A stretch of DNA of 63,090 bases, filler included, from Octopus bimaculoides (GCF_001194135.2; 3 parts of 3 records of this genome joined end to end with filler, not necessarily neighbours in it), one strand, 5' to 3'; counted from the whole stretch's first letter, positions 37,886-49,345 are shown. Notes: generated from the letters alone by a model not told the origin. Program-made: numbers and translations.

Positions 37886-40800
37886 TTCATCACCATCATT
37901 TAATGTCCTCCTTCCATACTGGAATGGGTTGGATGGTTTGACAGGAGTTCGCCAGGCTGCAGCCTGTACCAGGCTTCTGTGTCTGTTTTGGCATGGTTTT
38001 ACAGTTGGATGCCCTTCCTAACACTAACCACTTTACAGTGAGGACTGGGTGCTTTTTAAATGGCACCTGCACTGGCAAGGTCACCAAGTAACTTTGCAAG
38101 ATGAAGAATCTTTGAAAGATGAGGGGGCATTGGAGGTGATCTTGTGTCAGATGATGAAAAGTTAGAGTGTGACAGAGAGACAGAAACAGACGTCTTGCTA
38201 CAGAGAAGGTACATGGTTACCCAACAAGAGAGAGGGAGAGAAAGAGAGCAGAAATAGGTGTGCTGCTGAAGTGGAGGGACATGGTTACCTAGAGAGAGAG
38301 AGAGGAGGAGTTAACAAGAAAGAGGTGTGCTGCTGTAAAGGGGATACATGGCTACCTAGCCAGATTTAAGAGCAAGAGAAAGAGGAAGAGAGAGTGATCA
38401 AGAATGAGGGCAGAAACAGGTTTGTTGCTGTAGAGTAGATACATGATTACTCAACCAGAGGGAAGAGCAAGGAAAAGAGAAGGAGAGAGAGTAGGAAACA
38501 GCAAGAGCAGGGGAAGGATGGCAATAAGTGTCAAGGTTTATCACATCCAGCAGAGCATACTGACTTCATTCCTCTCTAGCCTACACATGTCCTCTGCATT
38601 CAGAGCCCATGTCTCACTACCATGGAGTATAGCCATTTGTACACTAGCATCATGCAATCTACCTTTTACTTTGAGAGAGAGTCCTTTAGTTGCTAACAGA
38701 GGTAGTAACTCTGAACTTTCTCCATCTTATTCACATTCTAAAAACAATACACTCAGAGCATCCACCTCACCTAGGTAACAGAAACTATCTACTACCTCGG
38801 ACATTTAAGAGAGTCTAAGTCCCATGTGCTCTTAGTGTTTACTCTTCCTGCACATCTACCACACACAAAGGTGACCTTATCTGTTAATCTATCTGTGATT
38901 CCACTGCATCTCTTATGTGTCCATAGCTTACATTTGGTGCAGTGTGTGGAATTACTTTCTATTCCTTTCCTACAAATTGAGCAGGGCCACTTACTTGACA
39001 GAAATAGAGTCTTATCTGCTTTCTTGCTAACAACAACTTTAATCTTAGCTAGATTAACTTTAAGGCTCTTTGATTCCAGGTTTTGCTTCCATACCTGGAA
39101 CTTCTTCTCCAATTCTGCTACAGATTCTGCAATAAGAGTGAGGTCATCAACATATAGTAGTTCCCAAGGGCATCCAGTTTTGAATTCCTCTGTTATGGCC
39201 TGGAGGACTATGAGGAATAGGAGTGGACTAAGAACTGAGCCCTGGTGAACTTCTATCTGTATTACTAAATTCATCACTGTATGCATGGCTGACTCTCACC
39301 TTACTGACAGCACCTCTGTACATGGCTTGTACAGCTCTAACAAGCTACTTCTCTACTCTTAGCTCCCTTAAAGACCACCACAAAACAGAGCATGGAACTC
39401 TATCAAAAGCTTTCTCCAGGTTAACGAAAGCTAAGTACAGTGGATTACTTTTGACCAAATACTTTTCCTGTAGCAGTCTCACTAGGAAGATGGCATCCCA
39501 GGAACAAAAGAAAACTGCATCTCATTTAGTTTAATTCTATTTCAATCCAATTGAACTATAACTCTCTCAGTGGAATATGCCCAAAAGTTCAGTTGAAAGT
39601 TCGAATATGGCTGAGGGACTAAAACAAAAAAATAAAACATTTCCAGATGTTTTCTCGGAGTAACTGGGCTCTTTTACACTTTCACTCTTTTACTTGTTTC
39701 AGTCATTTGACTGTGGCCATGCTAGAGCACCACCTTTACTTGAGCAAATCGACCCCAGGACTTATTCTTTGTAAGCCTAGTACTTATTCTATCAGTCTTT
39801 TTTGCTGAACCGGGGACGTAAACACACCAGCATCGGTTGTCAAGTGATGTTGGGGGACAAACACAGACACACAAACATATACATATATATATATACATAT
39901 ATACACATATATATGACGGGCTTCTTTCAGTTTCCACCTACCAAATCCACTCACAAGGCTTTGGTTGGCCCAAGGCTATAGTAGAAGACACTTGCCCAAG
40001 GTGCCACGCAGTGGGACTGAACCCAGAACGAGGTGGTTGGTAAGCAAGCTACTTACCACACAGCCACTCCTGTGCCTGTTGCATGAAAAGTAGAAAAGCC
40101 TGTAAAAATGGGTGAGGTGTTAGAAGCCTGTAAAATTTAGAAACAACACTATAAAACAGTAATGAAAAGTCGAGTCAACTTATACAACTAATGCAATGTT
40201 TGGAAAAGAAAAAAGTCCCTAGTTTGGTGAAGAACTGATAGCTGTAAATGTGTGAGTATGTGTAGAAGTGTTTGTCATGGAGGAGACAAGTTTTTTTTTT
40301 TAATTACATAGCTAGTGGAAAGTCCTGAGAATTTGAAAATGTGGAAAATTCCACAAGAAAAGTCAGGGAACACATACAACAACAATTTATGCAATTATCC
40401 AAATTAACAGAATTCCTTTAAAATGTAACAAAATGTAGTAAACAAAGACCAATATGGAGAATAACTTACAGTTATGTAGTAGCTTCCAGGACATATTCCA
40501 AAAAACTCATGGGTTAGATATGGGGTTGTCTGAAAAAAAAAAAAAAAAGATTTATAAAGTTGGACTATGAATAGATTTTCTGAACATTTTTCCACAGTAA
40601 ATCTATAATTTTCAAAGATATTTTTGAAACCTGGTGTAACTGTAAAATAGGATTTAAAAATATGCTAATTATTCTGGTCCCATTAAATTTGGTGAAATGA
40701 TTTATATTTTACTGAATTCAATGGTTAAAATTAGTTTTAGTCAAGACAAAAAACAGTAATTTAATAGTTGAAATAACAAAAAAAATAAAATAAATAAAAC

Positions 40801-43800
40801 AAAATGGATTTTTTTCTAGCAATAGTATTGATGTGCCCAAAACAATCATTCTTTACATAATTACATCATGTAAAACAAAATAGCCACAAACTAATTTTCT
40901 TTGTTTTGTTTTAAAGCCAGACCTAGATCTGATAGAAAAATAGAAAGAAAATTTAAATACTAAGTTTTATGTCTAAAATTCACTGAAAATAATAAGACTG
41001 TGTAGAGTGACAAGACAAGGGAGTGTATTGAAGCAAAGTTACATTTATTACTGATATTACAAAATAGTTAACATCAATATAGTCAAAAATAATTTACCAG
41101 GCAAATTAGTAAAACAATGCAATGGAATAAGTTTTATGTCATTGAGTTTTACTAAAAACTAATTAATGGGTAATATGAATGAAGATAAAGAAATAACGAT
41201 TAGAAAAAGAAGAAATATTTTCTCTAATTACTACTGAGGATTAGAGGAATTTTAAAAACACTGAAATGGTGAAATTTGACAAACCTTGGAAGAATTGACA
41301 GCCGCCATACTTAAAATGGTTGAATTCACATAATAAAGTGTTACATTATATATTTTTATATTACACTTTGAAGGTCCTTGTTTAAAATCCACAGTAATGT
41401 TCTTCCCTTTTATTCGATACTCAACAAGAGTTGTCCATTCACGACACACTGCAAAAGTAAAGGGAAACCATTTATGTGAACATAAACATTACACAGATAG
41501 TAAATGTTAAAGTAGGCTAAGGTTGACAAAATTTAAGCAGGAAAGAAAATATTTAAAATTAAAATTTTCATGTCAATATTTGAATGATTCTTGTTCCCAC
41601 AATATTACAAGAAAATTCCCACCAACAAGCTTCAATATCTTTATTGCTGAATTTTATCTTTAACATTAAAGATCACCATGTCCCCTCAAATGTCAGAAAC
41701 TTGCAGTAGAAATGTTTGTGAATGTTTAGACTCATTAACAACAGAAAGAAGTCCTTATTAATGTGAATGCCAAAATTACTTGCTGCATAAGGTGGTGAGC
41801 TGGCAGAATCCTGATAAAAAAAAGTACCAGTTGAGGACAGATCAATGTAATTGACTTACTCCTTCAACCAAACTTGCAGACTTTGTGGAAATATTTTAAA
41901 CCAATAATATTGGCTACATATGTAGTCCATTTACAAATTAATATCAAAATAAAGAAATAAATAATTTTTCATCAATGACAACATTTACCACCTCATTCTT
42001 CCTACAGCTTCTATGCTTTTGGAACACCCACTTACACAGTAAATTAGGTCAACTAGGTTTTTTGAGCATTTAAAAGACATTATTTTACATAAGCTCTATC
42101 TGCAAACTTCTGTGCATACAAAGTTTACCTTCTCTGTAAGCCAGTGACCCCACTTACACATGTTTTATGTCCATAATTTACATTGGGTGTGCGATATGAA
42201 ATTTCTACCTATTACTTTTTTGCATATCAAAAACTGTCATTTTCCTGATGGTACCAGAATCTGTCTTTCCTTCTTACTAAAATCTTAGTCTGTTACTGGC
42301 TTTTGCAGTATCATCATCATTATCTTCTTGCACATCTCGTCTTTATTGACATTTATCATTATCAACAATATTCATAATTTTACCTGTGTATATTAGAATC
42401 TTGTTGATCCTCTTCACTTCTATCTCAGTTACTTTTCTCATCAAAAATATTAAATTCACAAACACCTTTTCTCAATATTTCTGATTCTACCATTTATTCT
42501 ACCACTGAATGCCTACTCTGTTACATCAAAGGAAATGTGATAATTCTTCTTTGCACACGCTTACTTTAAATCTGCTGTTGATGTTAGTCTTCACTAACAT
42601 CTGGTATAAAATATTAAAATACCTGCAAAATATGTGTAGTCACAGTATTGTGCTGTATTAGCTCATTCCCTCCATCAAATCAACAATGCATATACCTGTG
42701 CCACACATCAGATGTCAAAGTAATTGCAGAGTAACATGAGATGAAGTGCTTTTCTCAAGATCACAATGTGCAACCTGGCAATTCGAAAATATCAAGACTA
42801 TGAAATATGTAAAGTTTGTTTAAATGTATTTATCTGAATCATCAACAAATTTTTAGTTCTTAAGTTAAAGAAAGAGAACCATTTATTTCATATTTCCATA
42901 CACCCCTCTACACCTACCACTAGTCTCTTTAAATTCTATCAATATATACTCCCTTCATAACTAAACTATGCAGCATTAGAGGTACAGCCTTTTTTGTAGA
43001 TTGCATCTATAAACTGTATCCTGTCTACCTACATTATGGAAGCAACATTTTATGCCCAGTAGTTTCAGACTGCCACTATCAGCCCATTGGTAGCTAAACC
43101 TCTTCCCTTTATCAGAGCAATAAATGGCCCCTCAACTAAAAGACTGGTGTAAGATGGAAGGGAATGCTTAGTCTAGTCCCAAACAAACATTCATATGATA
43201 AAATTAACCTGATCAACAATGAGGCTAGCAAAAGAAAGGTGTCTAAAGGTGAAAACCATGCCAAATAAATGAACAGTGGTTTGAAAGTGGGGCTCTCTAA
43301 TCGCACAGCACACAATCCCCCAAGTACCAGTGGCATAATAAATTGCATTGAATCAATGGTATATAAAGTGGTTGTGAGAGAAGAAACTGGTGTTAAAAAC
43401 CTTGCCAAAAAGGAGAAAGAAAGGAACAAAGAAAGATTAGAGAGAATAATTTAGTCCTACATCAAACAATTTCTCTAGTTTCAGTGGTGTGATAAAAAGT
43501 ATTGATGCTGTGGAACAGCTGGTAATGGAAAGAGCATCCAGCTAGCAGTAAGACTAAAAATAACATTATGTACTTAACAACAGCAGAGTTGGTAGATTTT
43601 ATTCTGTTGCTGTAGGTGCCAGATGATGAAGGAGCGTGACATGACACTGTCAAACCAGTCTAATCCATAGGAAAAACATACACAAAACAATATCCGGCGT
43701 TAGGAAGGGCATCCAGCTGTAGAAACTCTGCCAAATCAGATTGGAGCCTGGTGTCACCAGTCCTCAGTCAAATTGTCCAACCCATGCTAGCATGAAAAGC

Positions 43801-46800
43801 GGACGTTAAACGACGATGATGATGATGATATATATATATATATGTACAGACAAATAAGTGTGTATAACACACGTACACATGCATAAACACTTTGTTTAAT
43901 TTCATGTCAGTCACCATTTGCTAATGTCATCACCATTGTTATGCCCACTTTACTATGTTTGTACATCATCATCATCATCATTTAACGTCCGCTTTCCATG
44001 CTAGCATGGGTTGGACGATTTGACTGAGGACTGGTGAAACCGGATGGCAACACCAGGCTCCAATCTAATTTGGCAGAGTTTCTACAGCTGGATGCCCTTC
44101 CTAACGCCAACCACTCAGAGAGTGTAGTACCAACATGTATATCAAAGTCACCAACCATGATAAGTGGATGTCACAGAAATAGTTCTTTTGCTCATCTCTC
44201 AATCCAGACTGAGGTGTCTCAGTTGATGTAACAACTGCATTTGTTTCTCACCTAACTTTAAATTCATTCTGTCACATACTCTGACTACCTCAACCACTCT
44301 ATTCAGTTTCTTCAATTGCAGTATACATTCCCAACCTAGTACCATGTGGTTACCCAGCTAAAAGAATTTGTACCAGTGTTCATTGCCTGTGAAAAGTCTG
44401 GCAGAAGCTTCCCTCCCTATTAACACTTTGAGCCAGCCCACATCTACTTTCTTCTCTCTAACATCACTACAATATCTCCACATCTATTGTTTATCACATC
44501 AATATTAATGATGGCAACCCAAAGGTTCTCTGTCCAATGAGAGTTTCCAAGATAGTAGCTTATGACTGGATTGCTAATGTAAAATAATTGAAAAATGATA
44601 AATTCTATATTTCTTTCAAGATTGTAAAAGAAATAAGGTGCATTAATAAAGATAAATATGATTCTAATATAGTTTTTCAATCTGAAAGGTAATTTAATAA
44701 AAATACTTACATTTTACCTCCTGTGTCTGAAAAGGAAAAAAGAGAGGGATTTTAAAAAATATTTCATTCTTAGGGAATTTAATTTCAATGTTGTGGTTTT
44801 AAACTAGTTTTGAGTCATCCATATTGAAGTTGACTTATAATAAGAGATCAAGCTCATGTCAATCCTATCTTTTATTTAGACATAATATATCTAGAACAAA
44901 ATTACTCATTGTGATCTTCCACTTTAAAGACACTACAGTATGATTTCAGCAAGATTTGGATGCTAATTTTAACAGTTTCAGCAATCATATACTTTTGTGT
45001 TAGTTTCTTGAAAGTAAAATATATGGGTGCAAGAAAATCTCATACCATTAAGTTTTGCATATTCTTTTATTCTTTTACTTGTTTCAGTCATTTGAGCACC
45101 ACCTTTAAGTCGAGCAAATTGACCCCAGGACTTATTCTTTGTAAGCCTAGTATTTATTCAATCGGTTCCTTTTGCTGAACTGCTAAGTTACGGGGACATA
45201 AATGCACAAGCATTGGTTGTCAAGGGATGTTGGGGTGACAAACAAAGACACACACACACATGAACAAAACATTCAAACACTAAGGTTTGAAATAAGATGT
45301 TAATATCATCTGTGGATAAAATTTAAAATTGATGGTATCAAAAGTAGTAACATAGGTGGTTCGCAAGCAAATAGCATTAAGTTAGCTATAAAATACAAAT
45401 TAGACGGGCTTCTTTCAGTTTCCTTCTACCAAATCCACTCACAAGGCTTTGGTTGGCCCAAGGCTATAGTGGAAGACACTTACCCAAAGTGCCACACAGT
45501 GGGACTGAACCCAAAGCCATGTGGTTGGTAAGCAAACTACTTATACAACCACTCCTGTTAGTCGAAACCATAATGATATCCATAGGCAGCTGATGATGAA
45601 GATATGTTGGATTGTTGGTTCAGTTGTTTGTGTATATGTGGAATAGTATTATTGGATTGTTGTTATGGCTCTGGAATAGTATTATAACACATCCATTTGA
45701 TATACATATATAGTCATACATATAAACATATATATATATATATCATCATCATCATCATCGTTTAACGTCCGCTTTCCATGCTAGCATGGGTTGGACGATT
45801 TGACTGAGGACTGGTGAAACCGGATGGCAACACCAGGCTCCAATCTAATTTGGCAGAGTTTCTACAGCTGGATGCCCTTCTTAACGCCAACCACTCAGAG
45901 AGTGTAGTGGGTGCTTTTACGTGTCACCCGCACGAAAACGGCCACGCTCGAAATGGTGTCTTTTATGTGCCACCCGNNNNNNNNNNNNNNNNNNNNNNNN
46001 NNNNNNNNNNNNNNNNNNNNNNNNNNNNNNNNNNNNNNNNNNNNNNNNNNNNNNNNNNNNNNNNNNNNNNNNNNNNNNNNNNNNNNNNNNNNNNNNNNNN
46101 NNNNNNNNNNNNNNNNNNNNNNNNNNNNNNNNNNNNNNNNNNNNNNNNNNNNNNNNNNNNNNNNNNNNNNNNNNNNNNNNNNNNNNNNNNNNNNNNNNNN
46201 NNNNNNNNNNNNNNNNNNNNNNNNNNNNNNNNNNNNNNNNNNNNNNNNNNNNNNNNNNNNNNNNNNNNNNNNNNNNNNNNNNNNNNNNNNNNNNNNNNNN
46301 NNNNNNNNNNNNNNNNNNNNNNNNNNNNNNNNNNNNNNNNNNNNNNNNNNNNNNNNNNNNNNNNNNNNNNNNNNNNNNNNNNNNNNNNNNNNNNNNNNNN
46401 NNNNNNNNNNNNNNNNNNNNNNNNNNNNNNNNNNNNNNNNNNNNNNAGTTTCCGTCTACCAAATCGACTAAAAAGGCTTTGGTCGGCCCGAAGACTCATA
46501 TTGTCATCGAATGCTCAAAATGAGGAGTAGATAGACAACTGACAACTGAGGAAGGGTCATTCTTTGCGTTACTTGTCTTGTTTTCCATTTTTTTCTCTCA
46601 TTGCTTGTGTACTGAACCCATTTGTTTTTGTATTACATATTGTTTACTGTTGGTGACGTCCTGTACGCATATATATATATACTAGCAGAGATACCAGGCG
46701 TTGCCCGTGTTACATGCAATTGAAGGATGAGACTTTTCTCTTATATTTTCGGTAAAGAACTGAAATACATATGAATCGAATTTCATCAAAATTGCACATG

Positions 46801-48365
46801 AGGGTTCTTTCCCTCTTTACACACCCTAAAAAAATTCTAATCATGAGACATGTATCCCATACTATTGATCTTTATGCGCAAATTCCAAAATTTCAGTCTT
46901 TTGGAACCTGTAAAAAGGATTTTGCTCCTGAAAAATGGAGCTCACGGAGCTGTAAAATGTGGGAATGCAGGCCCCTATTGGGGGTGAGGGTGTTAATGTC
47001 AACCAGAGAAGTTGAATTGTTTTTAACTTGGGTCTTATAGTATGCCTGTATATATGTGAGAGTATAGTTTTACTTTAATAGTTTCAGTATGAAATTGAAA
47101 GTATTAAAGTGAAAGTATTTGAAATTACAGTAGCAACATGTTGTTTCACTTTTGACATGTAATACTGAAATAGTGGAATAGTTTCAGTGTTAAAGTGAAA
47201 GTATCTGACATTACAGTAGAGTGATGTTATTGTTTCACTTTTGACACGTAATAGTGAAATAGGGGAGGAGATATGATATTGCTGTGGGCTCGAACTATGC
47301 AAGGAGTTAAAAATTGTTTTCGCCTAAGACACTACATGAACCCTAAGTAAGGCATGTGTTAATTTGGAATGAAATTGGTTGTGTAGTTCTGGAGTTTTTG
47401 GGATTCACACAGACACATTGTCATCTTTATATATGTGATATTTATGCACATATTCGAAAATTCTAGTGTTATGGACTGTGTAAAAAGGATTTTGCTCCTG
47501 AAAAAGGGAGCTCTTGGAGCTGAAAAATGTGGGAGTTAAGGCCTCATTGAACTTCGATTTACCACTAACGGTTATTGAATAGTATCATTGAGCACATAAT
47601 ATATAAAATTATACGTCGACTAATTTAATTACAGTATAATCTAATTATAGTATAATTAAATATTAAGCGGAGGTAAAGAATACGCACACCACCAGTTTTC
47701 GGCGTAACTCTAACCCTAAACACGGGGTGTGCGTATTCTTTACCTTTGCCAAAATATTACTTGCATGTAAATTACAGTTAACTGTATTACTATTAACTTT
47801 TTTTCCCTCAGAAAATATTACTTTTATTAATATTTAGCAGAAGGAATTATAAATTTAAATTTTAGAACATATTTCTTACCAGATTTTCCACCTCAATATT
47901 GGTTTGACAAAAGAAAGACAAAGAAAGGGGGGGGGAAGGAACAAAACCAAATAGAAAAGAAAAAGCGGAACACAAACAAAAAAAAAAGAAGAAAAAGCGG
48001 GGGGAAAAAAGAGAAGAAAGAGAAAAAAATATATAGATTTATATAGAATGGTTAAACAAGTTGAGTTCGGAGAAATAAATCGCTGCTGATTCATTTCCTG
48101 ACTGTCATATTTATAACATAAATGATAAAACAAATTACTTCGGTTTGAAAGGAAAAATCAACTTGAAAAAACAAATGTCATAAAAAGATAGTTATTTCAA
48201 AAGATGAAGCAAAAAAAACTGGATAACGAGATAAAAATACATTAATTGCCAAAGTGAAATTGTTGCATGAATTGTCATACTTACATTATCTGTCCGGTTA
48301 GGGCTCATGGCGAAGTTGCGAATAAACAACAGTGTCAGGGTAACTGCCGTTAAAAATCGTTTCAT
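28909..48365 (-). CDS. IL17R: IL-17 receptor-like (SEFIR) type I membrane protein, spliced CDS join(48285-48365,44711-44726,41285-41448,40470-40529,36292-36400,33017-33145,28909-29588), 412 aa
   Basis: Seven exons with GT-AG boundaries and consistent phases (0,1,0,0,1,1) total 1239 nt = 412 codons + TAA. The domain order is signal peptide, Cys-containing ectodomain with sequons (NRT, NIT, NVT, NST, NSS), one hydrophobic helix, then a SEFIR-like domain. The paralog subtype (RA/RD etc.) cannot be assigned by eye. Confidence 0.8.
30010..30300 (-). mobile_element. Degenerate tRNA-like SINE copy
   Basis: tgtttcagttattggactgtggccatgctgg...gtaggactgaacct resembles the 24870 family. Confidence 0.65.
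30490..31921 (+). mobile_element. RTE LINE fragment (RT plus 3' UTR) in the last IL17R intron
   Basis: KAFGPSGITTEMLK, QLGFMPG, FVDMEKVF, GVHQGSVLS and LYTDD remnants; tail ...gatgttaaatgatga. Confidence 0.85.
32070..32890 (+). mobile_element. hAT (Charlie/SPIN, GTF2IRD2-like) transposase C-terminal relic
   Basis: LELQFQHFSDLD...VFQNLF...QLEYIEFQSND followed by a frameshifted FGxTYLC...FSKMKY dimerisation-domain motif. Confidence 0.7.
33017..33145 (-). CDS. IL17R: IL17R-like transmembrane exon (129 nt, phase 1-1)
   Basis: Acceptor ttttattttctag|TG and donor AAAC|gtgagt. Encodes TGTCRKFRNKSSSKPIELHIFLALIGAIVILVLLVLSFYYFK, a hydrophobic helix followed by FKRR once spliced to the SEFIR exon. 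Confidence 0.9.
33360..36200 (-). mobile_element. Decayed RTE LINE (EN to RT to 3' end fragments), interrupted at about 33800-33980
   Basis: ORF remnants DKKEAWKSYYARLLNVENEWD, HQGSILS, HFCYLGDQINSGG and SGRPRK. Confidence 0.8.
36292..36400 (-). CDS. IL17R: IL17R-like ectodomain exon (109 nt, phase 0-1)
   Basis: Acceptor ttttctttttaaag|GTT and donor ATAG|gtaagc. Encodes VEIFDEFWNDDGKCICPSDTGKCGLDCHRSRSSNFI (4 Cys). Not in the ORF track. Confidence 0.85.
36480..36825 (+). mobile_element. RTE 3' tail copy (degenerate)
   Basis: ggtataaggaaggacattcagttg...gacattaaatgatgaggatgat. Confidence 0.7.
37493..37723. mobile_element. Palindromic MITE (~230 bp)
   Basis: ACAATTACAGCATGGAAGATGTTTGTAAGCCATTTAAGAACACAC...AACATTTAAATTTAATTTGTGTC is mirrored at 37620-37723. 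Confidence 0.85.
37886..38100 (-). mobile_element. RTE 3' tail copy
   Basis: catcaccatcatttaatgtcc...gttggatgcccttcctaacactaaccac. Confidence 0.75.
38480..39560 (-). mobile_element. RTE LINE RT fragment
   Basis: ORF 38792-39286: VHQGSVLSPLLF...ELLYVDDL...KVNLAKIK, plus a Cys-rich CSIC/CTKC/CGRC segment. Confidence 0.85.
39677..40077 (-). mobile_element. tRNA-like SINE, full-length copy
   Basis: Head GGCACAGGAGTGGCTGTGTGGTAAGTAGC...GGGTTCAGTCCC and tail gaaacaagtaaaagagtgaaag. Confidence 0.88.
40470..40529 (-). CDS. IL17R: IL17R-like ectodomain exon (60 nt, phase 0-0)
   Basis: Acceptor (T)n-cag|ACA and donor ACT|gtaagt. Encodes TTPYLTHEFFGICPGSYYIT, resembling the FnIII E-F strand pattern (F-x-x-L/I-x-PG-x-Y-x-I-x-V). 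Confidence 0.85.
41285..41448 (-). CDS. IL17R: IL17R-like ectodomain exon (164 nt, phase 1-0)
   Basis: Acceptor ttacttttgcag|TG and donor AAG|gtttgt (weaker, chosen for phase). Encodes CREWTTLVEYRIKGKNITVDFKQGPSKCNIKIYNVTLYYVNSTILSMAAVNSSK, beta-rich with several N-glycosylation sequons. Confidence 0.8.
43677..43829 (+). mobile_element. RTE 3' tail copy
   Basis: ggcgttaggaagggcatccagctg...ggacgttaaacgacgatgatgatgatg. Confidence 0.9.
43964..44128 (-). mobile_element. RTE 3' tail copy, inverted relative to 43677-43829
   Basis: catcatcatttaacgtccgctttcc...cctaacgccaaccactcagagagtgtag. Confidence 0.9.
44711..44726 (-). CDS. IL17R: IL17R-like 16-nt microexon (TQEVK + 1 nt; phase 0-1)
   Basis: Strong acceptor ctctcttttttccttttcag| and strong donor |gtaagt around ACACAGGAGGTAAAAT. 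It supplies exactly the phase shift needed between exon 48285 (phase 0) and exon 41448 (phase 1). Confidence 0.65.
45060..45557 (-). mobile_element. tRNA-like SINE copy interrupted by ~140 bp (about 45262-45402)
   Basis: Both halves match the 39677 copy. Confidence 0.8.
45743..45976 (-). mobile_element. RTE 3' tail copy (runs into a gap)
   Basis: Nearly identical to 17138-17375. Confidence 0.9.
46681..47440. mobile_element. Non-autonomous Helitron/Helentron-like element with an internal ~100-bp duplication
   Basis: One end ACTAGCAGAGATACCAGGCGTTGCCCGTG, the other ...gacacattgtcatctttatatat. An internal duplication lies at 47080-47270, and a related copy at 9755-10080. The family assignment is from memory. 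Confidence 0.5.
47667..47750. repeat. ~80-bp hairpin mini-element (copy 2)
   Basis: GCGGAGGTAAAGAATACGCACACC...GGTGTGCGTATTCTTTACCTTTGC. Confidence 0.75.
48285..48365 (-). CDS. IL17R: IL17R-like first coding exon, signal peptide
   Basis: ATG at 48365-48363 encodes MKRFLTAVTLTLLFIRNFAMSPNRTDN (basic n-region, hydrophobic h-region). Donor AAT|gtaagt. An acceptor tttattacag| at 48375 implies an upstream non-coding exon. Confidence 0.75.
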
Positions 48366-48404
48366 AGTGTCTTTCTGTAATAAATTTAGTCACGACTGAA
48401 ATAT

Positions 48405-48672
48405 CGATGCAGTAAATAAGAATAGCTTTAGTCAGATCATTGTCAAGATAATAACTCCAACAGCAACATCATATATTGGCGTCTATCAATATAACGATAC
48501 AGTAAACAAAAATAGCTTTAGTCAGATCATGGTTGGTATAATAACATCTCCAGCAGCAACGTCATTATATTGGCGTCTGTCAGTATAATGATACAGTAAA
48601 TAAAAATAGCTTTAGTCAGATCATGGTCAGGATAATAACATCTCCAGCAGCAACGTCATTATATTGGTATCT
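48405..48672. repeat. Minisatellite, 3 x ~90-94 bp
   Basis: Unit cagtaaa...aatagctttagtcagatcat...ataataac(a)tc...cagcaac...tatattggcgtct. Confidence 0.9.
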
Positions 48673-49094
48673 ACCTTTCGAAATAAACCAGAATCAAAAT
48701 CTTCAGAATAAATAGACAGAAAAATGTGCTGCTTCTATGTCCCGGATATATAAAGAAAATATTTTTTTAAACATGCTATTAATATACACTTCAAAAAAAA
48801 AAATGAAAAAAGGAGGTAAAAAAAAAAGTGGGGGAGTAAAGCAGCGGATGATGGATGACATTTCCCAGAAAAAATGGGGAGTTTAGTTGTAGCCCTCGGT
48901 AACCAGGACCAGATTTAAACCATGAGGTGCCCGGGGGATTTTGAATTCGGTGGGCCCCTCTCATACACAAGAATTAAAATCTTGAAAAATAAGCAAATTT
49001 AAATCTCGAAACCCAACTATTGCATATAATTGAATTTGACAAGTTAGTTGAGAGAGTTTCAATAAACAGCCGAAAATGTTTTAGTCTATAATTC

Positions 49095-49345
49095 ATTTTT
49101 TCTTTTACTTGTTTTGCTCATTTGACTGCGACCACGCTGGCACCGCCTCAGAGGGTTTTAGTCGAACAAATTGACCCCAGGACTTATTTTTTAAGCACAG
49201 TACTTATTCTATCGTTGTCTTTTCCCGAACTGCTAAGTAATGGAGGCATCAACACACCAACACCGGTTGTCAAGCGGTGATGGGGAGGAGGAACAAACAC
49301 AGACACAAAGACACGCATGTGTGTGTGTATATATATATATATATA
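49095..49345 (-). mobile_element. tRNA-like SINE 3' half
   Basis: ttcttttacttgttttgctcatttgactgcgaccacgctgg...aacaaacacagacac. Confidence 0.75.

Noticed and set aside
39990-40077. tRNA-like sequences (also about 18630-18700, 25150-25233, 45480-45557)
   Set aside because: Heads of SINE copies; no complete cloverleaf and no Pol III terminator.
42565-42622. 58-nt exon-like segment (ttttgcag|...AAA|gtaagc) in IL17R intron 2
   Set aside because: It is open only as phase 2-0, which is incompatible with its neighbours. Entered in phase 1 it hits TAG. At most a poison exon, with no support.
48405-48672. CRISPR-like array interpretation of the tandem repeats
   Set aside because: Whole units are repeated with no unique spacers, the context is eukaryotic and there are no cas genes.
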